From an uncultured virus (IMG/VR IMGVR_UViG_3300020048_000069) (lineage: Duplodnaviria; Heunggongvirae; Uroviricota; Caudoviricetes): a DNA stretch of 64,000 bases. The number at the start of each line of letters is the position of its first letter. Positions within the stretch are counted from its first letter, which is position 1. The notes under the pieces are model-generated. The model saw nothing but the letters and a program-made list of their open reading frames with translations. It ran no database searches and was not told where the DNA came from. Shown here piece after piece: positions 17,959-28,634 of this stretch. Location: the IMG/VR virus record IMGVR_UViG_3300020048_000069. One strand, written 5' to 3'. The translations under genes and the position numbers were made by a program.

Positions 17959-18543
17959 ATGAATATTATACACAAAGTTCCACTGATTATCGAACCGGCT
18001 ATGGACAACATGAAAGAACTTCTCTCTGGTCAAATGGCTTTGAAGGGGATGGTGACGTGTGAGCATTATCGTCACGGCGGGTTGATTCATGAGCAGACTG
18101 GGTTTAACACGTTTATGACTGAGGGCATGGCGAAGATTTGCAATATTATTTTTGGTAGTACTGCAAAAACCGGTGCAGCCGGAACATATATTGGCTTAAT
18201 CGGTAAAAATATAACTCCTAATAGTTCAGATACCGCTGCTAAACTTGGAGCATCTGGTAATGCTTATGGAGAGTTGTTAATTGATTATACTCCGGCAACA
18301 AATAGGCCAGTATATACCATCGCAGTTACTTCAACAGCAGGATGTACTAACGCTGCATCGAAAGCAGAGTTTACAATTATTACATCTGCGGTTACGGTTT
18401 ACGGCGCTTTTATTTCTATGGTGGCTACTAAGACCGATGTGACAGGACCTCTATTATGTGCTAAGGCATTTACGACAGCACGAGCAACTGAGATTGGTGA
18501 TGTTATTGCTATTAGTTATGTTATCGCATTGACTACGAGTTAA
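17959..18543 (+). CDS. Virion structural protein
   Basis: N...TEG...AEFTI...TVYGAFI...GPLLCAKAF...GDVIAISY pattern; AAGGA RBS. Confidence 0.7.
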   Translation: MNIIHKVPLIIEPAMDNMKELLSGQMALKGMVTCEHYRHGGLIHEQTGFNTFMTEGMAKICNIIFGSTAKTGAAGTYIGLIGKNITPNSSDTAAKLGASGNAYGELLIDYTPATNRPVYTIAVTSTAGCTNAASKAEFTIITSAVTVYGAFISMVATKTDVTGPLLCAKAFTTARATEIGDVIAISYVIALTTS

Positions 18544-18549
18544 GGTTCT

Positions 18550-20829
18550 ATGCCAACTTTAAACTACGCAAATATAGGAGTAGTGCTTAAACGGCAGTAT
18601 ATAACCGGTGTTATTACTGCGTTTGATCATGAAGAGCAAACAGCAACCGTCAGGACTATATCTCCTGCGGTTGTTGATGATCCTTTGACTCCTAAAGTGG
18701 ATGAAACGGAATACACTCCTGTTATTAAGAAAGAATACAGTGGTGTTACTTTTTATTATCATTGCAATAATAGTTCTGTTGACAGGGTAAAGGATAAATC
18801 AATAGAGGGCGGTATTACAGGTTTTGCTATTGGCGATGAAGTGATAATGGAAGGGACTGTTTCAGATACTCTTCCATTATCTACTGATTTCACAGACTTA
18901 AAGATTATCAGTCGTGCTGACGAACCGAGAAAGTGTACACGAATTAGGATTTATCAAACCTATGTTGAAGGTGGTAATTGGTATGTTGGGGTTTATGAAA
19001 AGATTAATGGTGCAGTAACTAAAACTCAAACACTTGATCCTAAAAATGACTTTAACTCGCGTTATGATATTCAGTCTAATCAACCTATTTATATCGTAGG
19101 AGCGCATTTAGACACCAATAAGTTGTTTTTGGTTATTCATTATAAAACACAAGTTCTTGGGGTTGATTATATTTGGCCGTTAATGGTTAAGTATCCTATC
19201 AGAACATTGTATAGTTTTAACGATGTTTATTACATGCCTCAGTTGCGGTGGAGCGTAAATACTGATCAGCCTTTTGCGTTTAACTGCGGAGAACCGTGGA
19301 ATAATGGGGTACTTGGTGGGGGTTTTAGAGTCTATGTGTCACATTCTCAAGTAGGCGTGACACAAGCAACTGGTCTTACTCAATACCAAATAGCAAATCT
19401 TTGGGGAAAGAATGTTAAGAGAACTGAAGAAAGTGACTATGAAGGAAGAGCTGGAACAAGATGGCTTCCTTGGTTAGTGGGGATTGCTAATAGTGGTGAT
19501 CTAAATCCTTATGGTGATTTTGCCTGGCCGAGTTTTCAAGTACAGGATAAAATGTGGCTTGATGATGTTGTGGATAATACTCCTGATTTTTTTGATGAGC
19601 ATATCCCGCATCACTTAGGGACTATTAATGATATTCCTCTTTATGGAACTCATGATGGTACAGCGTTTTGGACGGAGATGAATCCTTTTGATTATTATCA
19701 AAGATATGTTCAAGTCCGTGGGGTGGGATTCTTAGACAACAGAATGATTCTTGGTGTTTTAATTTGCTATGATGATGAGCATACACCTACTCCTTATAGT
19801 TATGAGGATTATTATCCTTCTAAGTGTGATCCGTGCCAAGATAAGTTTCTGGTTGAGTGTTACATTGCAATATTTGAAGGGCCAAATTATACCTATATTT
19901 ATCCATTTTTAATAGACGATGCAGAATCGGATTATTGGCAAACTCCAGCGTTTCTTGATTTTAAACAGACAGAACTTTTAACTTTTTCAACAATTGCTGA
20001 GTTTGAAAGAATTAATCAAATTCTTGGGTATGATGAAAGAATTTTTATCTCTTTTAGACTTCCAGCAGAGATTTATGTGTACGATGATACTGGTGCTGTT
20101 TTAGCGAATATTGCTCCTGGTGGGGATAATCTTTGTAATATGGCGATAGTAGAAAGCGCAGTTAACGGAAAGCCTTGTCTTGCTTGTCAGGCATTTGGCG
20201 GGTCAATGGTATTCTATGACATTGATACTCTTGATGTAGTTGAAACATTTGACATTCCTGATGCTTTTGTTCCTCCTATGCTTCTTCCTGGAGGTGCTGA
20301 GGAAAGACAGTCATCTTTAGTGGTTAATGTTCCTATCTTACCTAAAGCTATTTTGCATTTAGAGGCATATAGGTACGTTACAAATAGTAACATTGATGAA
20401 ATGCGAATTATTAATTATAGTTCTGTAGCGAGTAAAGCCGCGCAGGAACACGCTAACTGGTGTGTTGAGAATGGAAGATGTTCTCATGATGGCCTGAATG
20501 GAGAATGGTCTCATCTTAGGTTGTATAAATACGGGATTTTAAACACGTCTGAAAATCTTGTAATTGTTTATACTGGCGCTCCAGTAGAAGAGGCTATCGC
20601 GGCATGGAAATCTTCTCCGGGGCATGATGCAAATTTACTTTATCCAACAGACGAAGGAGTTGGGTGGGGTATGGCAACTTATCCAGTAAGTTGTACTGAA
20701 ATCATTGCTGGAGCAGGAGCATATATCCCTGAAACAGGTGGTTATACTACAGGAGATACTGTTTTTTTAGTTCCAGAAGAGTATCGTGGAAGAATGAAGA
20801 TTTATGTATTTAATGGTTATGTTTTTTAA
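18550..20829 (+). CDS. Virion-region protein with C-terminal CAP/SCP domain
   Basis: AAQEHANW...SHDG...ENL...AIAAWKSSPGHDANLL...GWG. Confidence 0.75.
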   Translation: MPTLNYANIGVVLKRQYITGVITAFDHEEQTATVRTISPAVVDDPLTPKVDETEYTPVIKKEYSGVTFYYHCNNSSVDRVKDKSIEGGITGFAIGDEVIMEGTVSDTLPLSTDFTDLKIISRADEPRKCTRIRIYQTYVEGGNWYVGVYEKINGAVTKTQTLDPKNDFNSRYDIQSNQPIYIVGAHLDTNKLFLVIHYKTQVLGVDYIWPLMVKYPIRTLYSFNDVYYMPQLRWSVNTDQPFAFNCGEPWNNGVLGGGFRVYVSHSQVGVTQATGLTQYQIANLWGKNVKRTEESDYEGRAGTRWLPWLVGIANSGDLNPYGDFAWPSFQVQDKMWLDDVVDNTPDFFDEHIPHHLGTINDIPLYGTHDGTAFWTEMNPFDYYQRYVQVRGVGFLDNRMILGVLICYDDEHTPTPYSYEDYYPSKCDPCQDKFLVECYIAIFEGPNYTYIYPFLIDDAESDYWQTPAFLDFKQTELLTFSTIAEFERINQILGYDERIFISFRLPAEIYVYDDTGAVLANIAPGGDNLCNMAIVESAVNGKPCLACQAFGGSMVFYDIDTLDVVETFDIPDAFVPPMLLPGGAEERQSSLVVNVPILPKAILHLEAYRYVTNSNIDEMRIINYSSVASKAAQEHANWCVENGRCSHDGLNGEWSHLRLYKYGILNTSENLVIVYTGAPVEEAIAAWKSSPGHDANLLYPTDEGVGWGMATYPVSCTEIIAGAGAYIPETGGYTTGDTVFLVPEEYRGRMKIYVFNGYVF

Positions 20830-20876
20830 TAAAGAAATGTCAAATATTGACAAACTTAGTAAAAGGAGTACTTATT

Positions 20877-21308
20877 ATGGCAGTTACAGTAACAGTATCA
20901 AATCATTTTAAATATCAAAAAGACAAGAAACTTGTTGATATGTCAACGGATGTATTCAAGGCGATTTTGATGAATACGACTTTTGCTTTTGACAAAGATA
21001 CTCATGCGACATTGGCGCTTGTAACCGGTGATCAACTTGCTACAAATTATGGTTATACGCAAAATGACAAAGTGTTAGCTAATGTTTCAGTAACAGAAAG
21101 TGATTCAGAGGATGCGTCAATTACTACTTGGGATAATGTAACATGGACAGCATCAGGTGGTGATATTGGGCCTACCGGAGCATGTATTATTTATGATGAT
21201 ACGACATCTGATAAGACAGTTGTTGCCTGTATTGATTTTGGTACAGATTATACGATACCAGCAACCGCAAGTTTTCAATTACAAACTCTTTCCCATAAAA
21301 GTTCGTAA
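20877..21308 (+). CDS. Virion structural protein
   Basis: D.FKAILM...GYTQ...NVTWTASGG.IG...IIYDDT...IDFG; AAGGAG RBS. Confidence 0.75.
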   Translation: MAVTVTVSNHFKYQKDKKLVDMSTDVFKAILMNTTFAFDKDTHATLALVTGDQLATNYGYTQNDKVLANVSVTESDSEDASITTWDNVTWTASGGDIGPTGACIIYDDTTSDKTVVACIDFGTDYTIPATASFQLQTLSHKSS

Positions 21309-21323
21309 TTAGGATTTAATATT

Positions 21324-24300
21324 ATGGCTGGAAATGATGCTTATACCAAACTACTGCTCCACATGGATGGTAATAATGGAGATACTGTTTTTGTGGATAG
21401 TAGTCCGTCTGCTAAAACAGTTACACGATATACCAATGCTACAATAACAACAGCAGAAAGTGTATTTGGTGGATCATCTGCGTTATTTCCTGTTACTGGT
21501 GTTGGTTATTTGAGTGTTGCTGATTCTGATGATTGGTATTTTGGCTCGGATGATTTTACAATTGATTTCTGGATCAAACGTTTTGTAAATAATTACACAA
21601 GACACGTTTGGGCGCAATATATTGATGGAAGTAATCAGATAAGACTGTATATAAATTCAACTACAAACAAGTTGATTTTTTATGTGGGATATGCTGGTAC
21701 ACCTATCGCTTATTTCGAGAGCAATTCTGCCGTTCTATCTGCAACAGACCTTGATTGGCATCATTTTGCATTGGTGCGGAGTGGAATATCCCCCGGGTGT
21801 TTAAAGGCATATAAAGATGGTATTTTAATTCCCATTACCACCACAAATGATTTAGCAAATAATTCTATGCCAAATCTTGCTTCAGTCGCCAGAATTGGTA
21901 GTCGTTCTGGACCAGATTATTTCAGCGGGTATTTGGATGAGTTAAGGATTTCAAAAGGAATTGCAAGATGGACAACAAATTTCACTCCTCCAACAGAAGC
22001 GTATTCAATTGAAGTAGAGAACATAAACATCAGTATTCCATTAATTGAATCGCTAATTACTTTTTCATTAATACCGTACAATATAACTCAAGCCGCAATT
22101 GTTCCTTTCTTCGGAGAAGAAGATACTTTTTACTCAGGCATCCCTTTTTATTTGCTTTATAAAGTTGAAGTTCCTTTAATTGAAATTATTTCAACAGCGA
22201 TCTCTGAAACTTTATTTACACCGCCGACCACTTATACAGTTTATGTTCCAAGTATAAATACTGCTATTGTATTTGATTCTTATACGACATTTTTATATCC
22301 AAGTGATTATGCGTACACATGGGAAAGAAAATATCCAATAGGATCAGATATAAGCAGTTATTATGAACACAGTTCTGCCATAAGTGATAATGGCCAAGTA
22401 ATGTTGGTTTGTGACCTCAATAATTTTTACAGGTCACTAAATGCAGGAATTACTTGGAATTCTTTCTGGCCTGCTGGTGATTCGGGACAGGTGTATGCAA
22501 AATGTTTGGCATGTAATACAGATGGATCAGTCATATTGGCAGGATATTGGGGACAAAGATTATGGAAATCTGTAGATACTGGTAATACTTGGGTTGAAGT
22601 TCGTCCTGCTGGGGATAACGATAAATATTGGAACTGTTTATCTGTAAGTAGCGATGGTTCCGTTATGGTCGCAGGAGTATTTTCAGGAAGAATTTATTTA
22701 TCTATAAATTCAGGAGTATCATGGTCAGAAATACAGCCTTATGGTGATATTAATTATGTTTGGGGGGAATGTAGTGTTTCCGGTGATGGCAGTATAATTG
22801 CTGTTGCTATTGGAGGTAATTCATATTCTGGAAGATTGTTCATATCAAACAACACAGGTTCATCCTGGGTACAGGTAATACCAACAGGAGATCGAAATAG
22901 TGAATGGAAAGTTGCGTCTGTAAGTAATACAGGACAATTTATTTTAGTCGGCGCAAATTATTTTGGCTTTTATTTATCTTCCGATTATGGATCAACTTGG
23001 TCACGAATTATAGATAGCGGAGGTTATGGGATATACGATGGTGGGTTAAGTGGTGATGGCCAGATTATATTAACCGCAGGAAAATGGGGTGATGGTGCAT
23101 CCAGAATTTCACTTTCAAGAAATTATGGCAGTACATGGGAAGTTCAAAGTGATCTTGATTATTATTCTAAGGTAAATTGCAGGACAGTTGCAGTTGCCAA
23201 AAATAAGAAAATATTTTTTATCGCTGCCAATTTAGGAGGATTTGATGTATGCACTGGAGAACCTCATTGCTATGAACAAATTATCCCTACATTTGAAGTA
23301 GAAAATAGTTTAACCTTTGAAAAACTACTTGTTTCCATAGATTCGTTTAGTATTCCCGCGTCTCAAATTAATGGTTTGATTGAATGCTCTCCGCTTTTTG
23401 GTTGGTTTATTGAAGTTCCTATTGTCGAATTGATAATTGATATACTTATTACTCCTATAGTTGCATTTGTTCTTCCAAGCATTAATACAAGTTCTATAGT
23501 ATCTTTAACTTCCAGAGTTGTTCAATCTGAAATAATAATTCCAATAATTGAAACAGTTAATTCGTTGACGATGGAAGGAAGTTTTATTGGTGATTGGATT
23601 GAAATACCAATAATTGAAAATCATATCAATATTACTTTCACTCTTCATCCTGGATGGCATGAAATTCGTCCTGGTGGGGATATAGACAGTCCAACATCTG
23701 CTTACTATGTTAGTAGTGATGCCACAACAGCACTTATTGTTGTGGGATTAACCACTTTGTATCGAACAGATGATTCGGGAGAAACTTGGCAGCCAATAGA
23801 TTTATATTCTCCTGGAGAAACAGTATATTCAGGATACGGCCCTTGCGCGGTTAGCGGCAATGGTCAAGTTATGATTGTCACAATTTCTGAGTATTCTACG
23901 CGTAAAATATTTATTTCAAGAGATCGAGGTGTCTCATGGGCTGAAATTAATCTTTACCAAATGTGGATTGATGTGTCCATAAATTATGATGGTTCCATTA
24001 TTTTGGTAAGTGGGGATTATAGCTACGCTGGAAAATTATATTTATCTAAAGATATAGGAAACACATGGTCTCAGGTTCTTCCTTTAAATGCTGGTTGGCT
24101 CCATGCAGTAAGCGGAGACGGCTTAGCAATACTTGCAGGATATACATCCTTATACTTATCTATTGATTCGGGGGTTACATGGGATTTAATTGCTCCAGCA
24201 GGGGTGATTACAGGATTTTGGAAGGATATGTATCTTAACTATGATGGTTCTGTTATGTTAGCAAAGGTTCATACAGAACTAAAAAGTCAGGATCGTTTTT

Positions 24301-25976
24301 ATAAATCCTTAAATAGTGGAATAACTTGGGAAGAAGTAATTCCGACAGGTTTTGTTTATTCTGATGAGTGGGTTCCTTACAGTCAATCATGGAGTTGTGC
24401 AATAAGTGAGGATGGAGTAAAATTATTAGAAGGAAGATATGGAGGACGATTATATTTATCCCTTGATGAAGGAGAAACATGGGACGAAAAATTTCCTGTA
24501 GGATCACTTGATCTGAATTGGGATTTTGTTAAGTTTAATGGAGATGATTTACTTGCCATAGCTTTTGATGGTGATGCTCAAACAAGAACTTTATATCAGT
24601 CATTTGATGGAGGTTCCGTTTGGTCTGCTATGACAGCAGCACATCATGCTCACTTAGGGTGGTCATCGTGTGCTATGTCTGACGATGGTCGGATTATGTT
24701 GGCTGGAGGATACGCTGAACGCCTTTATTTATCAACCAATTCAGGACAAACATGGTCAGAAACACGTCCTTTTTATAATACTGATGCACAGTGGTCTTCT
24801 TGTGCTATGAGTTTTGATGGGCAATATATGATTGCAGAATCATATATTCCATTAATTGGCCCTGTACTTTATGTTTCAAATGATACCGGGGATAGTTGGA
24901 ATATTATTCCTCCTGCTTGGGATATAGTAGATGATGGCACTGATCCAGATTTTCCTTACGGGATTGCAGATGTATTTTGCAATTCAGTATCAATAAGTAA
25001 AGATGGAAGAACCATGCTTGCAGCTTACGGTTCTTTTTGGGTAGGTTCCAAAGTATATTTATCTACAAATTATGGAGTTTCTTGGCGTGAAGTTATGCCA
25101 GCGGGAGATGTTTATAGAAATTGGGAAGAAACAGAGATTAATTATAATGGTTCAGTAATGTACACAGCTACCATGGATAATATTTATCGTTCTTATGATT
25201 CAGTTGTGTGGACAGATATAACTCCAATTGATATGACTGAATGGTGTATCTCTTTAAGTATTAATTTAAATGGTCAGATTATTTATGCTGGAACGTATAA
25301 TGGGGACTTGTTTAAGTCGGATGACTTTGGGGTTACTTGGATAAAGGTGTTTCCAGCTGGTGTTGGAGTATATAATTGGTATTCTGTGTCGATGAACAGT
25401 GCAGCCAGTATTATACTTGCATCAGCACATGGAAATCGTGTTTATATGTCAATTGATTCAGGTGTTACCTGGGCGGATCAAGTTATTCAAGGTAATATTA
25501 ATGGAAACTGGTATTTAAGCGCATTAAGTGATGATGGAAGTGTTAGGATAGCAGGAACAGATAATAACAGAATATACTCCTATAGCATTGTTCAAGACAC
25601 GCTTCCTATTATTCCTGTAGAAGTTTCTAAGATTCCAATTACGTCACTATTATTTATTAGAAGCAATTTTAATCAAGTTTCTACGCAATCTTCATTTGCT
25701 CAAATAGAAATACAAACAGTTAATCCTGTTTTACAGCTAACTAAGTTATCTAATTCTGACAGCGTACAAAGATATATCTTGACTGGTAGTGAGGAAAGTT
25801 TATCGGATGCAGCACTTCCAATAACTGATTTTAAATACAGCGGATCTCAAATATCAACTGCTGAAGTATCACTTTTACCTAAACAAATAATTGCAGGACA
25901 AGATCATGATATACCTTATGGTTATGGCAGGTTTTGCGAATTAAACCCAACATCTATTTTTTGTCCTGTGGTATAA
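21324..25976 (+). CDS. Large adhesin-like protein: LamG/concanavalin domain plus many BNR/Asp-box beta-propeller repeats
   Basis: TKLLLHMDG...DFTIDFW...WHHFALVR...GYLDELRISKGIARWT.NFTPP; more than 15 S.D/N.G.TW repeats. Confidence 0.85.
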   Translation: MAGNDAYTKLLLHMDGNNGDTVFVDSSPSAKTVTRYTNATITTAESVFGGSSALFPVTGVGYLSVADSDDWYFGSDDFTIDFWIKRFVNNYTRHVWAQYIDGSNQIRLYINSTTNKLIFYVGYAGTPIAYFESNSAVLSATDLDWHHFALVRSGISPGCLKAYKDGILIPITTTNDLANNSMPNLASVARIGSRSGPDYFSGYLDELRISKGIARWTTNFTPPTEAYSIEVENINISIPLIESLITFSLIPYNITQAAIVPFFGEEDTFYSGIPFYLLYKVEVPLIEIISTAISETLFTPPTTYTVYVPSINTAIVFDSYTTFLYPSDYAYTWERKYPIGSDISSYYEHSSAISDNGQVMLVCDLNNFYRSLNAGITWNSFWPAGDSGQVYAKCLACNTDGSVILAGYWGQRLWKSVDTGNTWVEVRPAGDNDKYWNCLSVSSDGSVMVAGVFSGRIYLSINSGVSWSEIQPYGDINYVWGECSVSGDGSIIAVAIGGNSYSGRLFISNNTGSSWVQVIPTGDRNSEWKVASVSNTGQFILVGANYFGFYLSSDYGSTWSRIIDSGGYGIYDGGLSGDGQIILTAGKWGDGASRISLSRNYGSTWEVQSDLDYYSKVNCRTVAVAKNKKIFFIAANLGGFDVCTGEPHCYEQIIPTFEVENSLTFEKLLVSIDSFSIPASQINGLIECSPLFGWFIEVPIVELIIDILITPIVAFVLPSINTSSIVSLTSRVVQSEIIIPIIETVNSLTMEGSFIGDWIEIPIIENHINITFTLHPGWHEIRPGGDIDSPTSAYYVSSDATTALIVVGLTTLYRTDDSGETWQPIDLYSPGETVYSGYGPCAVSGNGQVMIVTISEYSTRKIFISRDRGVSWAEINLYQMWIDVSINYDGSIILVSGDYSYAGKLYLSKDIGNTWSQVLPLNAGWLHAVSGDGLAILAGYTSLYLSIDSGVTWDLIAPAGVITGFWKDMYLNYDGSVMLAKVHTELKSQDRFYKSLNSGITWEEVIPTGFVYSDEWVPYSQSWSCAISEDGVKLLEGRYGGRLYLSLDEGETWDEKFPVGSLDLNWDFVKFNGDDLLAIAFDGDAQTRTLYQSFDGGSVWSAMTAAHHAHLGWSSCAMSDDGRIMLAGGYAERLYLSTNSGQTWSETRPFYNTDAQWSSCAMSFDGQYMIAESYIPLIGPVLYVSNDTGDSWNIIPPAWDIVDDGTDPDFPYGIADVFCNSVSISKDGRTMLAAYGSFWVGSKVYLSTNYGVSWREVMPAGDVYRNWEETEINYNGSVMYTATMDNIYRSYDSVVWTDITPIDMTEWCISLSINLNGQIIYAGTYNGDLFKSDDFGVTWIKVFPAGVGVYNWYSVSMNSAASIILASAHGNRVYMSIDSGVTWADQVIQGNINGNWYLSALSDDGSVRIAGTDNNRIYSYSIVQDTLPIIPVEVSKIPITSLLFIRSNFNQVSTQSSFAQIEIQTVNPVLQLTKLSNSDSVQRYILTGSEESLSDAALPITDFKYSGSQISTAEVSLLPKQIIAGQDHDIPYGYGRFCELNPTSIFCPVV

Positions 25977-25977
25977 T

Positions 25978-28623
25978 ATGATTTCTACAATTGAAACAAC
26001 ATATAATCAAGTGCTTAACCTGTTTACTTATCGTTATGATTCTGAACAGTTCCCAGGCGTTCCTGACGACTGGAGAAGTTACGCAGATGATGTCGAGTTA
26101 GGGATTCCATTTCAAGATGATTGTGACGGCTTTGCTTTAACTGTAGCTGAACTTCTTATTAGAAGATCAGTCCCCGCTGATTCGGTATCACTTGCTATTT
26201 GTGAAACAGAAACTTCTACTGGTCACCTTGTTTGTATGGTAGATGGGTTGTTATTAGATTACAGACGACCGTTGTTTTTAGCTTGGGATAAGGCTAATTA
26301 TACATGGTACGGCTATATGAAAATGAGTACTCCTGGAGTATGGAAATACATAACAGCCGTTGAAAATGTTCCTGTATCTGGCGTAACACGGAATTATTTA
26401 AGTATTACAATACCGTCCAATATTTCTATACCTAATATCGTAACAGATAATGACGATGAGTTATTAATCTCAACAGATTCAGGGATAACAGGAATTAGTT
26501 TAAGTTCTCTTACAGAAGAAATTTGGTGGAATAATCCAATTACTGATGTGTATGAGATTATAGGTTCATCAGAACCTTTGGACTTATTATGGGGATGTTT
26601 TGGAATCAGTGGTAATAAACAGGTTTTAGTTGTTGGAACACAGCTAAAACAAATTCCTTATTCTGGCTCTTTGTACAAGTCAATTGATTCTGGTGCGCAT
26701 TGGATAGAGCAGCATGGTTTTTCTGTTACTCCATCATGGCAATATTCCAATGTTTCTATTAATTATACTGGATCAATAATACTGGTAGGAGATGGTGAAG
26801 ACCTGTTTCGATATAGCAACAGTGTTTGGAGTAAAATATATCCAGGGAACACTGTAGGAAATAATATTTGGAAAGGTGCAGTTAGTTATTCTGGGCGTAC
26901 CATGTTAGCTGGTATTGATAGAGTTGCAGGTAAACTATGGAAGTCTATAAATTATGGTGTTACATGGGTTGAAGTTCTGCCAATAGACGCATCTGATAGA
27001 TATTGGACATCTTGCAATATAAACAGCAATGGATCGGTTTTAGTTGTTGGAATATCTCAATATACTATAGGTACAGGTTATTCAAATGTTCAAATTTTTA
27101 AATCTACTGATTCAGGTGTTACATGGGGAGAGCAAATTATATGCGGAGAACCTATTGGCACTGGTCTTATTGTTTATACAGGAAGTGATGGACTATGGTC
27201 TGATAGGGAGACTGTCGTGCCTATAGAAGAAACGATTAACGACACATTAGATATAACATCTACTATAATCCTTTGGGCTGATAAGTATTTTGAGTATCTC
27301 GTTAATGAGTATTTAAACTTGGATTCAGACGCAAATAGCCAACTTCATTTGTTAGTGACTGATTTTTTGACTTCCATTGATTCACAGTTAGTAAAATGGA
27401 ACGGAACAAAAACACTAACTGATACTTTCTCAATTTACGAAGACATTAAACTCCAGTTCATAAAGACAATCAATGAAGCATTAACCCTTACTGATTCACC
27501 CTCGGCAATGCTTGAACTTCTTCTCTCTGAGTTTATTTTATTCGCCGAGTCGATAAAAGCAAACTGGAATACGACGAGAACGGTTAATGACGGAGTGACT
27601 TTAACTGATTCAATTGTTCAGGCATTACAACTATTCATTACTGAATCATTGGTATTGACTGATGCGCAAGTTGTTCAATTGCAGTTAGTTCTTTCTGAGT
27701 TTGTGCAGTTGTCAGAAAGTGTTATACCAAACTGGAACACTACGAGAATAGTTACAGACACCTTTGATGTTAAGGACTTTCTTTATCAGCAACTTAATTT
27801 AATTTTAACAGAGGCTTTAACGGTTACAGACTCAACGCCTTTGTGCCAATTAGGACTTGCGATATATGAATATCTTGGCTTTACTGAGCTGTTATCCGCA
27901 CCAGGCAGTTTCACGCAAGGAGTAACCGATTCTTTAGATGCTGCCGATTCTTTGAACTTCGGTTATTCTCAAGTCATAAACGATGTTTTCTCTCTGGTCG
28001 ATGTGGCTGATACCGTTCGACTGTTGTTAAATACTGTTTCTGAATCACTTGGACTGTCTGAAACTTTAATGGGTTCATTGAGATCAACTTTGCCGGTTAC
28101 AGAGTCCTTGGTATTGGCCGACACAGTAGCAAGCCAAGGTCGTCTTTACAATACAGTTTATGATACTTTGTTTTTGAATGTAACAGTTGAAATGGACGGT
28201 GAGACATGGGAATGTTATGTTCTTAATACTCCAAAGTTTCTTCCATCAATTTACACTGGATTCAATTTCAATTCTTACGCAGTTTTTCAAAATCGTGCTT
28301 ATGGGTGTAAGTCAGATGGCATTTATGAATTAACTGGGGATACTGATAATGGTGTAGTGTTTCACACCGGGGTTCAGTTATCTGAAACAAAGTTCGGCCT
28401 ACCGAATCAAAAGAGGTTTAGAAAAGCCTACATTGGAGTATCCGGTGCAACACCGCTTTTAACAATGGAGACTGAGGCCGGCGAAACAAAGACTTACTCA
28501 ATTGATTCAGACGGCGAGGTTGATGCCTCCCGCGTTCTCCGGAGTAAGAAGTGGAAACTCACTTTGACTGACTTTGATCAACTCGACTTCATTAAACTTG
28601 TCCCAGTTGTTTTAGCTAAGTAA
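25978..28623 (+). CDS. Multidomain virion protein: N-terminal transglutaminase-like cysteine protease (BTLCP/C93-like), BNR repeats, repetitive stalk, C-terminal domain
   Basis: DDCDGFAL...GHLVC.V...LLD (Cys-His-Asp order); S.DSG..W repeats; LTD/LSE repeats. Confidence 0.75.
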   Translation: MISTIETTYNQVLNLFTYRYDSEQFPGVPDDWRSYADDVELGIPFQDDCDGFALTVAELLIRRSVPADSVSLAICETETSTGHLVCMVDGLLLDYRRPLFLAWDKANYTWYGYMKMSTPGVWKYITAVENVPVSGVTRNYLSITIPSNISIPNIVTDNDDELLISTDSGITGISLSSLTEEIWWNNPITDVYEIIGSSEPLDLLWGCFGISGNKQVLVVGTQLKQIPYSGSLYKSIDSGAHWIEQHGFSVTPSWQYSNVSINYTGSIILVGDGEDLFRYSNSVWSKIYPGNTVGNNIWKGAVSYSGRTMLAGIDRVAGKLWKSINYGVTWVEVLPIDASDRYWTSCNINSNGSVLVVGISQYTIGTGYSNVQIFKSTDSGVTWGEQIICGEPIGTGLIVYTGSDGLWSDRETVVPIEETINDTLDITSTIILWADKYFEYLVNEYLNLDSDANSQLHLLVTDFLTSIDSQLVKWNGTKTLTDTFSIYEDIKLQFIKTINEALTLTDSPSAMLELLLSEFILFAESIKANWNTTRTVNDGVTLTDSIVQALQLFITESLVLTDAQVVQLQLVLSEFVQLSESVIPNWNTTRIVTDTFDVKDFLYQQLNLILTEALTVTDSTPLCQLGLAIYEYLGFTELLSAPGSFTQGVTDSLDAADSLNFGYSQVINDVFSLVDVADTVRLLLNTVSESLGLSETLMGSLRSTLPVTESLVLADTVASQGRLYNTVYDTLFLNVTVEMDGETWECYVLNTPKFLPSIYTGFNFNSYAVFQNRAYGCKSDGIYELTGDTDNGVVFHTGVQLSETKFGLPNQKRFRKAYIGVSGATPLLTMETEAGETKTYSIDSDGEVDASRVLRSKKWKLTLTDFDQLDFIKLVPVVLAK

Positions 28624-28634
28624 AAGGAAATCCC

